Positions 17,122-25,964 of a stretch of DNA of 64,000 bases are shown piece after piece; positions within the stretch are counted from its first letter, which is position 1, and the number at the start of each line of letters is the position of its first letter. The stretch lies in the sequence record LR756511.1; one strand, given 5' to 3'. The position numbers and the translations under genes are program-made. The notes below the pieces were generated by a model. It made no database searches. It worked only from the letters and a program-made list of their open reading frames with translations, and was not told the origin of the DNA.

Positions 17122-17402
17122 TATTTGCCCAACTCCAATCCTGTAGCCAACATAATGCCGCCGAACTTTTCCTTATAAGCATTAGCAAGATCATCGTCTA
17201 TTTCTGTCTCAAACACCACATTCACTTTTGTCACAGTGATTGTGTGACCCTTCATAAATGGACAGAAGGGAATCATCGCCAAACCTTCTTTTGCCAACGC
17301 TATCTTAATCGGATTCTTAACCGATAGGTCAACGCCAGTTTCAGTAATGTCACCAATAATCTCTTCACCAGTCACTAACTTCAATAACTTAACCATCATC
17401 AT
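17121..17402 (-). CDS. Sm-like fold protein of T4-like phages
   Basis: VKLLKLVTGEEIIG...KNP...PFCPF pattern. Confidence 0.65.
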   Translation of the reverse strand: MMMVKLLKLVTGEEIIGDITETGVDLSVKNPIKIALAKEGLAMIPFCPFMKGHTITVTKVNVVFETEIDDDLANAYKEKFGGIMLATGLELGK

Positions 17403-17406
17403 CTCC

Positions 17407-17604
17407 TTAAAAATAAAATAAAAACCATATTGCCGCAGATAAAAGCCATACTAATGCCGCATTCATTGCCATTCCAAGAAAAGAATAGAGAACAAATGGG
17501 ATCATTAGAAACGGGGCAAACATACCGCCTATTTCCCGTCGATGTAACAATCGTAACAGGATATAATTCCAAGGGAATCCTAGAATACCAATTAAATTAG
17601 CCAT
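17407..17604 (-). CDS. Small membrane protein
   Basis: Mostly hydrophobic 65 aa. Confidence 0.6.
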   Translation of the reverse strand: MANLIGILGFPWNYILLRLLHRREIGGMFAPFLMIPFVLYSFLGMAMNAALVWLLSAAIWFLFYF

Positions 17605-18166
17605 GTTTAATCGCCTGACTCAATCTAGGTTCTGCACAACCAGTGCCATACACCCACACAAAACTTTCAACCTGTCTCAACCCATAGGAGCCAACTTCTA
17701 TACCATTTATTTCTATGTCTAAATTCATAAAAGAATTTGGCATCGGATTATTAACCACTTTCATTTCGTTGGTACGATCCTCGTCATAACCGCTAAAGAA
17801 CCCTTTAGCTTCCTCTATCATTTTATAAACTAAAGAACTGTAAGGGACATCTTTGTAGTCGGGAAGCCAGATAAGCTCATTTTTCAAGAAATACTGTAAA
17901 TGCAAATCGTCCTGAACCTTCTCATCACGGAAGCATGGCGTTACACATTGATATTTCTTTCCCTTTTCCAACTTGTCTCTCATCTCAAGAAAAGATTGCT
18001 CGCCAGAAGCTACTAACTCTCCAGCGAACGTGCTGAAAAGTCTTGCCCCTGGAGGACGAGTAATTAACATCGTATCCAAGGAGATGATCCAAGGAACTTC
18101 GATATATTCATACCCGCAACGCTGATAATATTCAACCGCATCTGCAATCTTTCTGTAATCTATCAT
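17597..18166 (-). CDS. Class II aminoacyl-tRNA-synthetase-like catalytic core (no anticodon domain)
   Basis: Motif-1-like GYEYIEVPW, motif-2-like TPCFRDE...YFLKNEL, IEVGSYG and motif-3-like GTGCAEPRL in only 189 aa. Confidence 0.7.
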   Translation of the reverse strand: MIDYRKIADAVEYYQRCGYEYIEVPWIISLDTMLITRPPGARLFSTFAGELVASGEQSFLEMRDKLEKGKKYQCVTPCFRDEKVQDDLHLQYFLKNELIWLPDYKDVPYSSLVYKMIEEAKGFFSGYDEDRTNEMKVVNNPMPNSFMNLDIEINGIEVGSYGLRQVESFVWVYGTGCAEPRLSQAIKHG

Positions 18167-18507
18167 TTGTCACCAAACTTCGCTTTTAAACGCTCATACT
18201 CCGCACGCTCTTTTTCTTCTTCTCTAGTTTTAATATTATCATCAATTTTCTTGATTATTTCGCCAATTAATTCCTGTGGGTTTAATTCTTTTTCATTCGT
18301 AACCCTCAGAAGCTTTATTACCTTGTATTCTTTAGCCATTCTGATAAGACGGGATTTGGCACTTTCGAAATAGCCATAATCCTCCGCTTCCTTACCCCAT
18401 TTCTCACTTAATTCTTCAATGGCGCCTTCAATCGTGGCAGAAGCCATCCTGCCTAGATGAGCATAATTACCATCTTCCGTTTCCGCTTGGTAGAATAAAT
18501 AAATCAT
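18163..18507 (-). CDS. Hypothetical protein
   Basis: Coupled 114-aa ORF with a charged helical C-terminus. Confidence 0.65.
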   Translation of the reverse strand: MIYLFYQAETEDGNYAHLGRMASATIEGAIEELSEKWGKEAEDYGYFESAKSRLIRMAKEYKVIKLLRVTNEKELNPQELIGEIIKKIDDNIKTREEEKERAEYERLKAKFGDK

Positions 18508-18758
18508 TTCCTTGCTCCTGATTCAAACGCACGTTGGGTTATGTAAGACATATCCATTAAATCTTCCATTGTAATCTGACCAGCATAATGATTCTTCAAA
18601 TATCCTTCAATGGCACCAAGCATGTCTGACATCTCTATCAGACACATTAATCTTGCTCCCTGCTCCATTGCGTCCTTAAGCTCAGCCGCCTCTTCAAGAA
18701 TCTTTGAAATTTCGCCGTACTCACCGCGCGGAATTTCACTCAGATGGTAGCCAGCCAT
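18504..18758 (-). CDS. MazG-like all-alpha NTP pyrophosphohydrolase
   Basis: KILEEAAEL...LIEMSDMLGA gives the EExxE and ExxD metal-binding motifs. Confidence 0.65.
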   Translation of the reverse strand: MAGYHLSEIPRGEYGEISKILEEAAELKDAMEQGARLMCLIEMSDMLGAIEGYLKNHYAGQITMEDLMDMSYITQRAFESGARK

Positions 18759-18979
18759 TATTCATCCACCCGTGCTTTCACATCCGACAATTTATCGGGA
18801 AGAGTGCCATGCTCAGCCAGCCACTCATCGTCCGCGACGATTGTTTCGTATTCAACACCAATAGCGTCTAATATATCATCCCAATCAAGCCTGTGATTTT
18901 CCATCACTAACTTGCCGTTAATGTAAAGCCCTTCCCAATCATTGTCGTCACTAACAAAAGTTATCTTCTTCTTTTTCAT
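18758..18979 (-). CDS. Hypothetical acidic protein
   Basis: Coupled 73-aa ORF (DDWEGLYINGKLV). Confidence 0.6.
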   Translation of the reverse strand: MKKKKITFVSDDNDWEGLYINGKLVMENHRLDWDDILDAIGVEYETIVADDEWLAEHGTLPDKLSDVKARVDE

Positions 18980-19454
18980 AAGATTCTTCCATTTCTTCTA
19001 CAAAGTCTTCACATCCATCAACCAAAAACTGCATTACGTAGCCATCCTCATCCACGTCTTCGTAATGATTCCTAACAACTCTCACCGCTTTAAATCCTAA
19101 TGATTTAAAAAATAGTTGGGCAGGAAGATTCCCTTCTCTAACCATTCCTTCTATCTTTATTCGTCGGTCAGCTTTAAGACCTTGACACCTGAATACATAC
19201 TCAATTAACTTCCTGCCTATCCCAATTCGGTGATATTTCGTTGCAAGACTCAAAAGCTCGTACCACTTTGGATGGACGTTGTAGACCATATAGCCAACAA
19301 CTTCTTTTCCAGAAATGGCAACAATTCCACGTCCATGTTTAAGAGCAGTTTTAAAATCTCGTTCGGTCCATTCATTGCCTGGAAAATTAGCTTTTTCAAT
19401 CTCATAGACCTGTGGCAAATCCAGGTCTATCATCCAACGGGTACTTACTTCCAT
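18951..19454 (-). CDS. GNAT acetyltransferase (RimI-like)
   Basis: YHRIGIGRKL acetyl-CoA motif and VREGNLPAQLFFKSLGF. Start moved to 19454. Confidence 0.85.
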   Translation of the reverse strand: MEVSTRWMIDLDLPQVYEIEKANFPGNEWTERDFKTALKHGRGIVAISGKEVVGYMVYNVHPKWYELLSLATKYHRIGIGRKLIEYVFRCQGLKADRRIKIEGMVREGNLPAQLFFKSLGFKAVRVVRNHYEDVDEDGYVMQFLVDGCEDFVEEMEESYEKEEDNFC

Positions 19455-19461
19455 ATTACTC

Positions 19462-19671
19462 TCAGATGATTGTAGCAATTCCGTCTTCGACTGTAACATC
19501 ATGACAAAACCCTTGCATTACCAACATTGGCTGTTTGTCTCGCCACTTCGTTTCACATGGAACACGACATTTCACATTTTTGCAAGGTATACATTTGCCT
19601 CGAAAATGTACTGTCATCCCCTTAACAGAACGTCGAAAGTGATAAAAAAAGCGATAAATCTTCATGCCCAA
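19462..19671 (-). CDS. Hypothetical basic protein
   Basis: 69-aa ORF (MTVHFRGKC...QP.LVMQG). Confidence 0.6.
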   Translation of the reverse strand: MGMKIYRFFYHFRRSVKGMTVHFRGKCIPCKNVKCRVPCETKWRDKQPMLVMQGFCHDVTVEDGIATII

Positions 19672-19695
19672 GACCCTAACGCGCCAAAAGAATTA

Positions 19696-19723
19696 TTGCA
19701 ACATTACATTCTCGCGCTATAAT
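19696..19723 (+). promoter_or_regulatory. Sigma70-type promoter of the HNH gene
   Basis: TTGCAA-N16-TATAAT. The ATG is only 8 nt downstream and has no SD. Confidence 0.65.
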
Positions 19724-19731
19724 TACATTTA

Positions 19732-20016
19732 ATGAAACGGTCGAAAAAGAAGACATATAAACTCCTAATGAAGAAGTGTTTTTTCTGTCCCGAAGACAAT
19801 GAAAACCTCTTAGATGCCCACAGGATTATTCCAGGTAAAGATGGCGGCACATACATACCGACCAATATTCTCTGTATTTGTTCCAATTGTCACCGTCGAG
19901 TACACGCGGGCGAAATCGTGGTAGACCGCAAGTATCCCTGCACTTCTGGAAAATTGGTTGTTCATTATTTCGATAAAGGTATTGAATACTGGAAAGAGGA
20001 ATCTAACTTTTCATAA
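19732..20016 (+). CDS. HNH endonuclease (zinc-finger type)
   Basis: CFFC...AHRIIPGKDGG...NILCICSNCHRRVH. Confidence 0.9.
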   Translation: MKRSKKKTYKLLMKKCFFCPEDNENLLDAHRIIPGKDGGTYIPTNILCICSNCHRRVHAGEIVVDRKYPCTSGKLVVHYFDKGIEYWKEESNFS

Positions 20017-20680
20017 ACAGCCGTTCAATTCGTTCGTATTTACCAGCCTTACCAGAAATATCAGTTTTTGTCTTCATTTCTTTGATACATTTGAAATCGT
20101 CAGGAGCTTCATACTCGGAAACAACCACTGTATTGTCAACAGACCATTGCCGCATTACTTCCCAAAACTCGTCGCTATCGAATTTTATGCCGTGAATCTT
20201 TGTGGTGCAACGGTAGGGCGGATCACAATAGATCAACCAATCTTTCGGAATCCACTCTCGATAATCTCTGTAATAAAATTCAATTCCACCCATGCTCTGA
20301 GCCTTCTTTTTAAGGCTATTTTCGGCATTAAGGTAGTATTTCCTATCGCCTGCGCGAGCGAAACCACCAAACCATTTGCCAGAATAGGAACAACCGAACC
20401 CTACGAAAGCGCGTAATGCGCTTGGTTCTTCGTTCCTCAAACGTTGATAATCTTCTTCAGTTACTTCTGATGGATAGGCAAAGGTGCCGTCCTTGACGGC
20501 ATTCAGAAGCATGATTAGATCGGGGTGAGCATCCGAACCAATACGGCGATTCTCCATGCCAATAATTACATTGGCACCACCGACAAATGGTTCGAAATAT
20601 ACCTGATCTGGTTTTCGCAGGTCTTTTAGTATCGGGAGAATGTATTTAACGATTCTTTGTTTTCCGCCGAAGTATTGCAT
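20003..20680 (-). CDS. DNA adenine methyltransferase (Dam/D12 class)
   Basis: YFGGK, EPFVGGANV (motif I) and DPPY (motif IV). Start moved to ATG 20680. Confidence 0.9.
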   Translation of the reverse strand: MQYFGGKQRIVKYILPILKDLRKPDQVYFEPFVGGANVIIGMENRRIGSDAHPDLIMLLNAVKDGTFAYPSEVTEEDYQRLRNEEPSALRAFVGFGCSYSGKWFGGFARAGDRKYYLNAENSLKKKAQSMGGIEFYYRDYREWIPKDWLIYCDPPYRCTTKIHGIKFDSDEFWEVMRQWSVDNTVVVSEYEAPDDFKCIKEMKTKTDISGKAGKYERIERLFMKS

Positions 20681-20721
20681 TCGGACGGTGTAACATTTCA
20701 CGAAAAATTACACAATGTTAT

Positions 20722-20892
20722 TTAAAAAGAATCAGGAGGATTTCCTGACATCCACCATGCCATGTTCGCTCCAACACAAAAGCAGAAAAAGCCAGCCATG
20801 TATTCATGATTGTTCGCAAAGCCATAAACAGCAAAGAAAGCCTGGACAGCAATCAGCGACCACATATAGTACGGATTTTTACGTGTAAACAT
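20722..20892 (-). CDS. 56-aa membrane protein (not in ORF track)
   Basis: MFTRKNPYYMWSLIAVQAFFAVYGFANNHEYMAGFFCFCVGANMAWWMSGNPPDSF, with two hydrophobic segments. Confidence 0.55.
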   Translation of the reverse strand: MFTRKNPYYMWSLIAVQAFFAVYGFANNHEYMAGFFCFCVGANMAWWMSGNPPDSF

Positions 20893-20904
20893 GCCTTATC
20901 ATAG

Positions 20905-23900
20905 TTAATATCTTTCAATCTCGTATCTATTTGGATATTCGGTCTTGCCAGTAATTGCATTCTTGAATGCTTCCTTGTCAGGAATGCGTTCAATCCTTTG
21001 AAGCTGTTTGACGAATTCATCCCAATCAACATTAATAGACTTTCGCCATTCTTTATAACGTTTCTCCAGTCCGCTCAAATTCTTCTCTTTTGTGTACTCT
21101 TGCTCAACTCGCTCGAAAGGAGTGGTAAAGTAAATTTTGTTGTTTTTCAGACGTACCGTAAACTCTTCATTACTAAACGGCCTAATCTGGTTATATAACA
21201 GGTCCATAACCTTTGGCATTATAACTTCACCCAACGCATGTGAAATCGCATCAGATGTTTTCCAACCATGTTCTTTCGCAAGATTCATCATCTCTTCGTC
21301 CGCAAATGGGAATTGACGCTGTAAGTCCTCAAGACCTTGCTTTGCCAATCTTTCAAAATCATACTTTCCTTCACCAATGTTTTTGTGAAGAATATCAAGA
21401 ATTTGCTGTGCGTGAGTGTCCACTCCTGGCAGTCTTACAAACCTACGCTTATTCAATAAGTCTTCAGCGGATATAGTATGATATGTGTCTATTACCACAC
21501 TGTCATTATCCAGCATTTCCATTGACTGCATACCCCTCATATGACTAAGCATTTCAGGGCGATTTCCCTGAGCTAACTTCTTAATCAAACTGATTGGCTC
21601 AAGAAAATCTGGAAACTTATTCAAGACCATCTGTTGATGTTCTGGTAGCATATCTGTAAACTTCCATCCGTAGTCTCTACCACGTATATTAAAATGCTCA
21701 ACGTCATTGTGTATTATAAACTCAGCAGTTGCCAAGCTGTGTTTTGTCTTATCTGCCTTTTCGAACAATTCCATTACATCAGTCCCACCAACCCAATTGC
21801 CGCGAGCTAAATATTTGCCTTCCTTGCGAAGCTGGAATATCAAAACTGGCTTGTATTCATATAGCAATGTAAATTCCCTGTCATCTGAAGAGAGGGATCG
21901 CATTGTCGCGGCCTTATTGTCGTGTCCAAGAACAACGCCATTTACCCAAATGTGCCCATCGGAAGTTTTCATGTTAGTCGGCGGCATAAGGTCTGGACGT
22001 GCTTTAAACAGCTTTTCTCTTTGCTCTGGCGAGAATTCACCTATAGACCATGCGGCACCTCGCAAGCTAACCTCTTTAACAATGTCTGGTTTTTTAATCA
22101 TGAAGTCCAGAATATAATCATTCCATTTAGACGGGGATTCGTACTGTTGTAATGCGGTTTGTCTGATTTCGTCAGCATTAAACTTACCAGCATGGAAAGC
22201 TTTATTAGCCAAATCTTGTAGTGATGGACCGCCAGAATATACCCAAGCACCATTTTCGCCAATATTAAGTTTAACCTTTGTTTTTTGATCTGGTCCCAAT
22301 AGGTAGAATATATGCTCTCCACCCTCTGACGGGCCTGTTACCCATTTAACACCATCGGAATAATTCAAAACAATCGCATGATGCCCTAAGACATTATAAA
22401 GCTTTGAATGCTCTACATCCGCACCCCTCATAATGGCCTGCAAATCCTCGGCGTCAAGTTTATCCTTCAGCTGCATCGCTAGTCTAGGTACTTCGTCATT
22501 AGGGACATGGTTGAGAATCGACACTAGTAAATCGTGTGACAATTCTTTTCCGTATTTCGCTAACAGCCAGTGAGCTAACTTTTCGCTATTTGTATTCTCT
22601 AGAATATACTCATATCTGTATTCATCCATTTCAAAGTTTTGAGCCAAATACACGCCTATGTCGTCCAAATATCTCTGGTCTATGTTGCTTTCGTAATCGT
22701 GCAGCATAAATGCCTTAAGATATTCGAATGGAAGCTCCTCATCATTCTTCTGTAATATCTCCACACCCTTTTTCGCTATACGTAATTTAGCCTCAGTGCC
22801 AGGAGCTTTCTGGATCATTTCCTGTAACATCTCATTAGTCAGATAATCCTTATCTCCAACCTCTACAAGTTTTTCTAACATTCCTGGGTCTGCGGTCGGA
22901 ACGCCCCAATTATACATTTTTTCAAGTATTTGCTTTTGTTGTTCAGGAGTTAACTTTGTAAACGTTTCCACATTTATATTGGATAGCAAGTTCTCAGGAA
23001 TACGCCGATCATAGTCCATGCCAAGCTTCTTGAAGAACTCTTCTGGTTTGTTCTCTAGGAATATTCCAATTTCCGAACCCTTAAGCTTAATTTCGTGATT
23101 GTTTTTAAGCAATTCTTCAATCTTCCTTAGCGTTATTTCCTTATAACGCTTCATCATGCCCTTGTCTTGACTGATAGACTGATACTGTGCATCTGATAAT
23201 CCGACACCAAAACCGACATACTTGTTTTTTAAGTCTTCTGGCAACATCTGGAATTGAGCATCTGTAAGTGGCTTGTCCAAACGAACATAAACATCCAAGT
23301 AACGGCTCTTTTCGTTGTAATCTAATTTGGCGAAGGTTGCATCATCTACACCCTTCGAAAATCGCTTATAATCGGCTTTGTCTTCTGGAGAGAGCGGTTT
23401 TGGCGTTAAAACCTTTTGCAACCCATTTAGTTTTGGCTCAATACGAATTATATCATTCCAACTCATCTGTAGGTCGCCATCGTTTTGTGCGGAAGTTACA
23501 AGGTATTGCTTTTTCTCAGGATCATTTAAATCAGCATTCTTTAAAACTTGAACAACAAAGAAGTGGTACTTGTCTCGCCAATTACCTGAGAATGCCGTCT
23601 TTGTAACATTCCACAAACCAAACTCAGCCTTAGTCTTCTCTATGTCCTTCACAAAGTAGAAAGCTGGCTCATGTTCCTTGAAACGATAGGTATAGAACAT
23701 ATTGCTCGCATCAGATCGAGCAATACACCAACTATAAGGAACGTTACCCTTGTATTGAATGCAAGCTCGCGGACTGTCCGCATAGTATATTTCTAAACCG
23801 TTTTGGTTATAAATTGGCTTGCCATCGAACTTTACGTCGGTGAATTTAGCGCCAACAATATCTCTCTGACCCTTTACATAGTCTACGACAATCTCTAACT

Positions 23901-24135
23901 GGTGAAAGTCTGGATAAGCGTCTATGTTATTTCGTTGTTGGGAGGGAACAGTTGACCCTTGAACTGGAGCAAAAAGTTCTTTGAACTTCTTGTCACGCAT
24001 GTCTTTAAACCATGCGATGTAACGGTCAACAATTTCTGGCTGGATGCCTTGACTAATAAACTTTTGTCTTTGAGTCTTAAAGTCCTCGTTGATTGTGCGA
24101 GTTTCAGCGGAGCGAAACCATTCCCTAAATTCCAT
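20905..24135 (-). CDS. 1076-aa protein with capsid-targeting-like N-terminus (putative virion/ejected protein)
   Basis: Starts MEFREWFRSAE...INE. CTAAATA lies 4 nt before the ATG. Recurring FxxLxxExK-type helical motifs, no family recognised. Confidence 0.75.
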   Translation of the reverse strand: MEFREWFRSAETRTINEDFKTQRQKFISQGIQPEIVDRYIAWFKDMRDKKFKELFAPVQGSTVPSQQRNNIDAYPDFHQLEIVVDYVKGQRDIVGAKFTDVKFDGKPIYNQNGLEIYYADSPRACIQYKGNVPYSWCIARSDASNMFYTYRFKEHEPAFYFVKDIEKTKAEFGLWNVTKTAFSGNWRDKYHFFVVQVLKNADLNDPEKKQYLVTSAQNDGDLQMSWNDIIRIEPKLNGLQKVLTPKPLSPEDKADYKRFSKGVDDATFAKLDYNEKSRYLDVYVRLDKPLTDAQFQMLPEDLKNKYVGFGVGLSDAQYQSISQDKGMMKRYKEITLRKIEELLKNNHEIKLKGSEIGIFLENKPEEFFKKLGMDYDRRIPENLLSNINVETFTKLTPEQQKQILEKMYNWGVPTADPGMLEKLVEVGDKDYLTNEMLQEMIQKAPGTEAKLRIAKKGVEILQKNDEELPFEYLKAFMLHDYESNIDQRYLDDIGVYLAQNFEMDEYRYEYILENTNSEKLAHWLLAKYGKELSHDLLVSILNHVPNDEVPRLAMQLKDKLDAEDLQAIMRGADVEHSKLYNVLGHHAIVLNYSDGVKWVTGPSEGGEHIFYLLGPDQKTKVKLNIGENGAWVYSGGPSLQDLANKAFHAGKFNADEIRQTALQQYESPSKWNDYILDFMIKKPDIVKEVSLRGAAWSIGEFSPEQREKLFKARPDLMPPTNMKTSDGHIWVNGVVLGHDNKAATMRSLSSDDREFTLLYEYKPVLIFQLRKEGKYLARGNWVGGTDVMELFEKADKTKHSLATAEFIIHNDVEHFNIRGRDYGWKFTDMLPEHQQMVLNKFPDFLEPISLIKKLAQGNRPEMLSHMRGMQSMEMLDNDSVVIDTYHTISAEDLLNKRRFVRLPGVDTHAQQILDILHKNIGEGKYDFERLAKQGLEDLQRQFPFADEEMMNLAKEHGWKTSDAISHALGEVIMPKVMDLLYNQIRPFSNEEFTVRLKNNKIYFTTPFERVEQEYTKEKNLSGLEKRYKEWRKSINVDWDEFVKQLQRIERIPDKEAFKNAITGKTEYPNRYEIERY

Positions 24136-24189
24136 ATCTTATTTAGAAGAATTGTACAACAAAAATGCCCCACAAAGGGGCACATTTAT

Positions 24190-24414
24190 CTAATCTGCAA
24201 ATCGAGCTTTATTTAATACTTGTTCAAGCTGTTGTTTGGTGTCAAAATAGCCTGTCCAAACTTCGTGGTCGGAATTGTACATGCTTTCACGCCATTGCCC
24301 ATCAGTATGCAAATACTGACCGTCTGGACCTGAATCCGCTCGTTGATCTAGACTGCATCCGCTCTCCCACAAATCAACGGTATAATGGTCCCATTCTTCC
24401 TTCGAATGGACCAT
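24190..24414 (-). CDS. Hypothetical protein
   Basis: 74-aa ORF overlapped in another frame by a 37-aa ORF at 24374-24487 that has the better RBS. Confidence 0.45.
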   Translation of the reverse strand: MVHSKEEWDHYTVDLWESGCSLDQRADSGPDGQYLHTDGQWRESMYNSDHEVWTGYFDTKQQLEQVLNKARFAD

Positions 24415-24503
24415 TCCAGATAACTTGTTCTACTTTAGGCTTAGTGTACTTTGTGTGCCCCAGCCAGTAATTTTTGACAAAACCCATGTTCCTAATATAG
24501 TAA

Positions 24504-25964
24504 TTAGTGATGGTGTCGCATCAAAATAGGCGAATATAAATCTATTTGTGCTGGACCTTGACGGATAACCATATCATACAGTACTTCAAACGTTCCTCCA
24601 GAATCAACATTATCGTCAATAATCAAGACCCTTTTACCCTTGTAATCGCCCTCTGATCCAAATGGATTAATGTATCTTCTGCTCTCTTTATCCTGAATGT
24701 TCTTGATTTGAAGGGGCTTGTTTTGTGGTTCTCTTCTAAGTAAATAGTTAAGGTACTGTTTCTTACCCTCGAAACCTTGTGGATTTTGCTCATAACGTCG
24801 GCGTAAGTTTTCTACATCTACATTGATTTGAGATGCAGGCACTTTCTTAAATTCTCTTACCTCTTCTGCCCGCAGAATTCCTGCGGCTTTATTGGCAAAA
24901 ATCTTATTGAAAGATTTACTACTTTCTGGATAAGCAATAATGTCGTATTTATATCCGCCTGACATATCTATAAAATGCCTCAAAGCTATATCCATAAACT
25001 GATCTTGTATCTTCCTGCCATACGCGCCTTGCGGGTCTTTAAGTATTTTAACCAATGCTGTACTTAACCAATAGAAATACTTCTCTCCAAGCTCTTTCGA
25101 GTTAATCTTATTCATGGAGTAGCCAATTTTGCCATGCATTTTACCAAGCCTGCCTTCCAATACTTTGTAGCGAGAGTTGAGCTTTCTAATTAAAACTGTC
25201 GCTTGCTGCGCCGCAATTTTTGGATCAGGCGACAAATTATAAGGCTTATGTGTTTCTGGATCGGCGTATACGCTATTTGTAAAGCCGCCCTTATTTTGCG
25301 GTTGGGTTGGCGTGGTTTGAGGTGGAGCAGTGGTGGGATAAGCCAATTCCGAAGCAATTGGCCTCATCATAAAGTTATCTAATTTGCCTGCTGTTAGTTC
25401 ACTTATAAACAACTCTAATTCTTGCATTGTTCGCCATTCAGGGGAACTATATATTCTAGCGTCAATCGAGCCTGATTCTGGATCGGTGCCACTCCATTGA
25501 ACACCCGTTCTTGGCTGGTTGGCAGTTCCAGCAGCATAGTCGCCTTTAGGCAACATGCCTCTAGGCGTCCATTTTGGTGTTTCCCCTGGCTTTAACGGCG
25601 CGTTCCAGGGTTCAGGTGTTGGTTGGATAACATGACTGTCGCCAAAAGCAAAAATGCTTGGGAAGGCAAATCCGTAATATATCTTAGCCGTTTTAAACGA
25701 TTCAAGAGCGTGCTTTTCTGGCTCCCTGTAAAACAAATCTGGCTGCGTATACTTTACTTTCCTTGCATAGTTGATCGGTGCCAACCTAATCAAATCGCTT
25801 GGCTTGTCATTGGGAGAATATCGCAATTTGCCCTGAGTCAGAAACAGAGATATTAAGCCTTTTTTGTCATTGTCTTTTAACGCTGTTGCAATTTCCTCAT
25901 GCGGAATCTTCGACGTATCAATTGTAAAGCCTTCGTTTATAAAGTACCATTCCTTAAAATCCAC
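24504..25964 (-). CDS. Type I phosphoribosyltransferase-domain protein with long N-terminal region
   Basis: PRPP-binding loop RVLIIDDNVDSGGT. True start is GTG 25964 (AGGAGG RBS, TAGTG coupling to NADAR), giving MDFKEWYFINE. Confidence 0.8.
   Translation of the reverse strand: MDFKEWYFINEGFTIDTSKIPHEEIATALKDNDKKGLISLFLTQGKLRYSPNDKPSDLIRLAPINYARKVKYTQPDLFYREPEKHALESFKTAKIYYGFAFPSIFAFGDSHVIQPTPEPWNAPLKPGETPKWTPRGMLPKGDYAAGTANQPRTGVQWSGTDPESGSIDARIYSSPEWRTMQELELFISELTAGKLDNFMMRPIASELAYPTTAPPQTTPTQPQNKGGFTNSVYADPETHKPYNLSPDPKIAAQQATVLIRKLNSRYKVLEGRLGKMHGKIGYSMNKINSKELGEKYFYWLSTALVKILKDPQGAYGRKIQDQFMDIALRHFIDMSGGYKYDIIAYPESSKSFNKIFANKAAGILRAEEVREFKKVPASQINVDVENLRRRYEQNPQGFEGKKQYLNYLLRREPQNKPLQIKNIQDKESRRYINPFGSEGDYKGKRVLIIDDNVDSGGTFEVLYDMVIRQGPAQIDLYSPILMRHHH

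Noticed and set aside
24474-24501. TTGACA-N16-TATAGT on the plus strand pointing antisense into the PRTase gene
   Set aside because: It falls within the start region of a minus-strand ORF (codons TTT GTC AAA) and no plus-strand gene follows. It may be chance, so it is not called, although antisense control cannot be excluded.
24504-25964. PRTase as a complete NAD-reconstitution (NARP) pathway
   Set aside because: No nicotinamide phosphoribosyl/ADPR-transferase or NMN adenylyltransferase partner is visible in the window, and the protein does not look like a two-domain PRPP synthetase.
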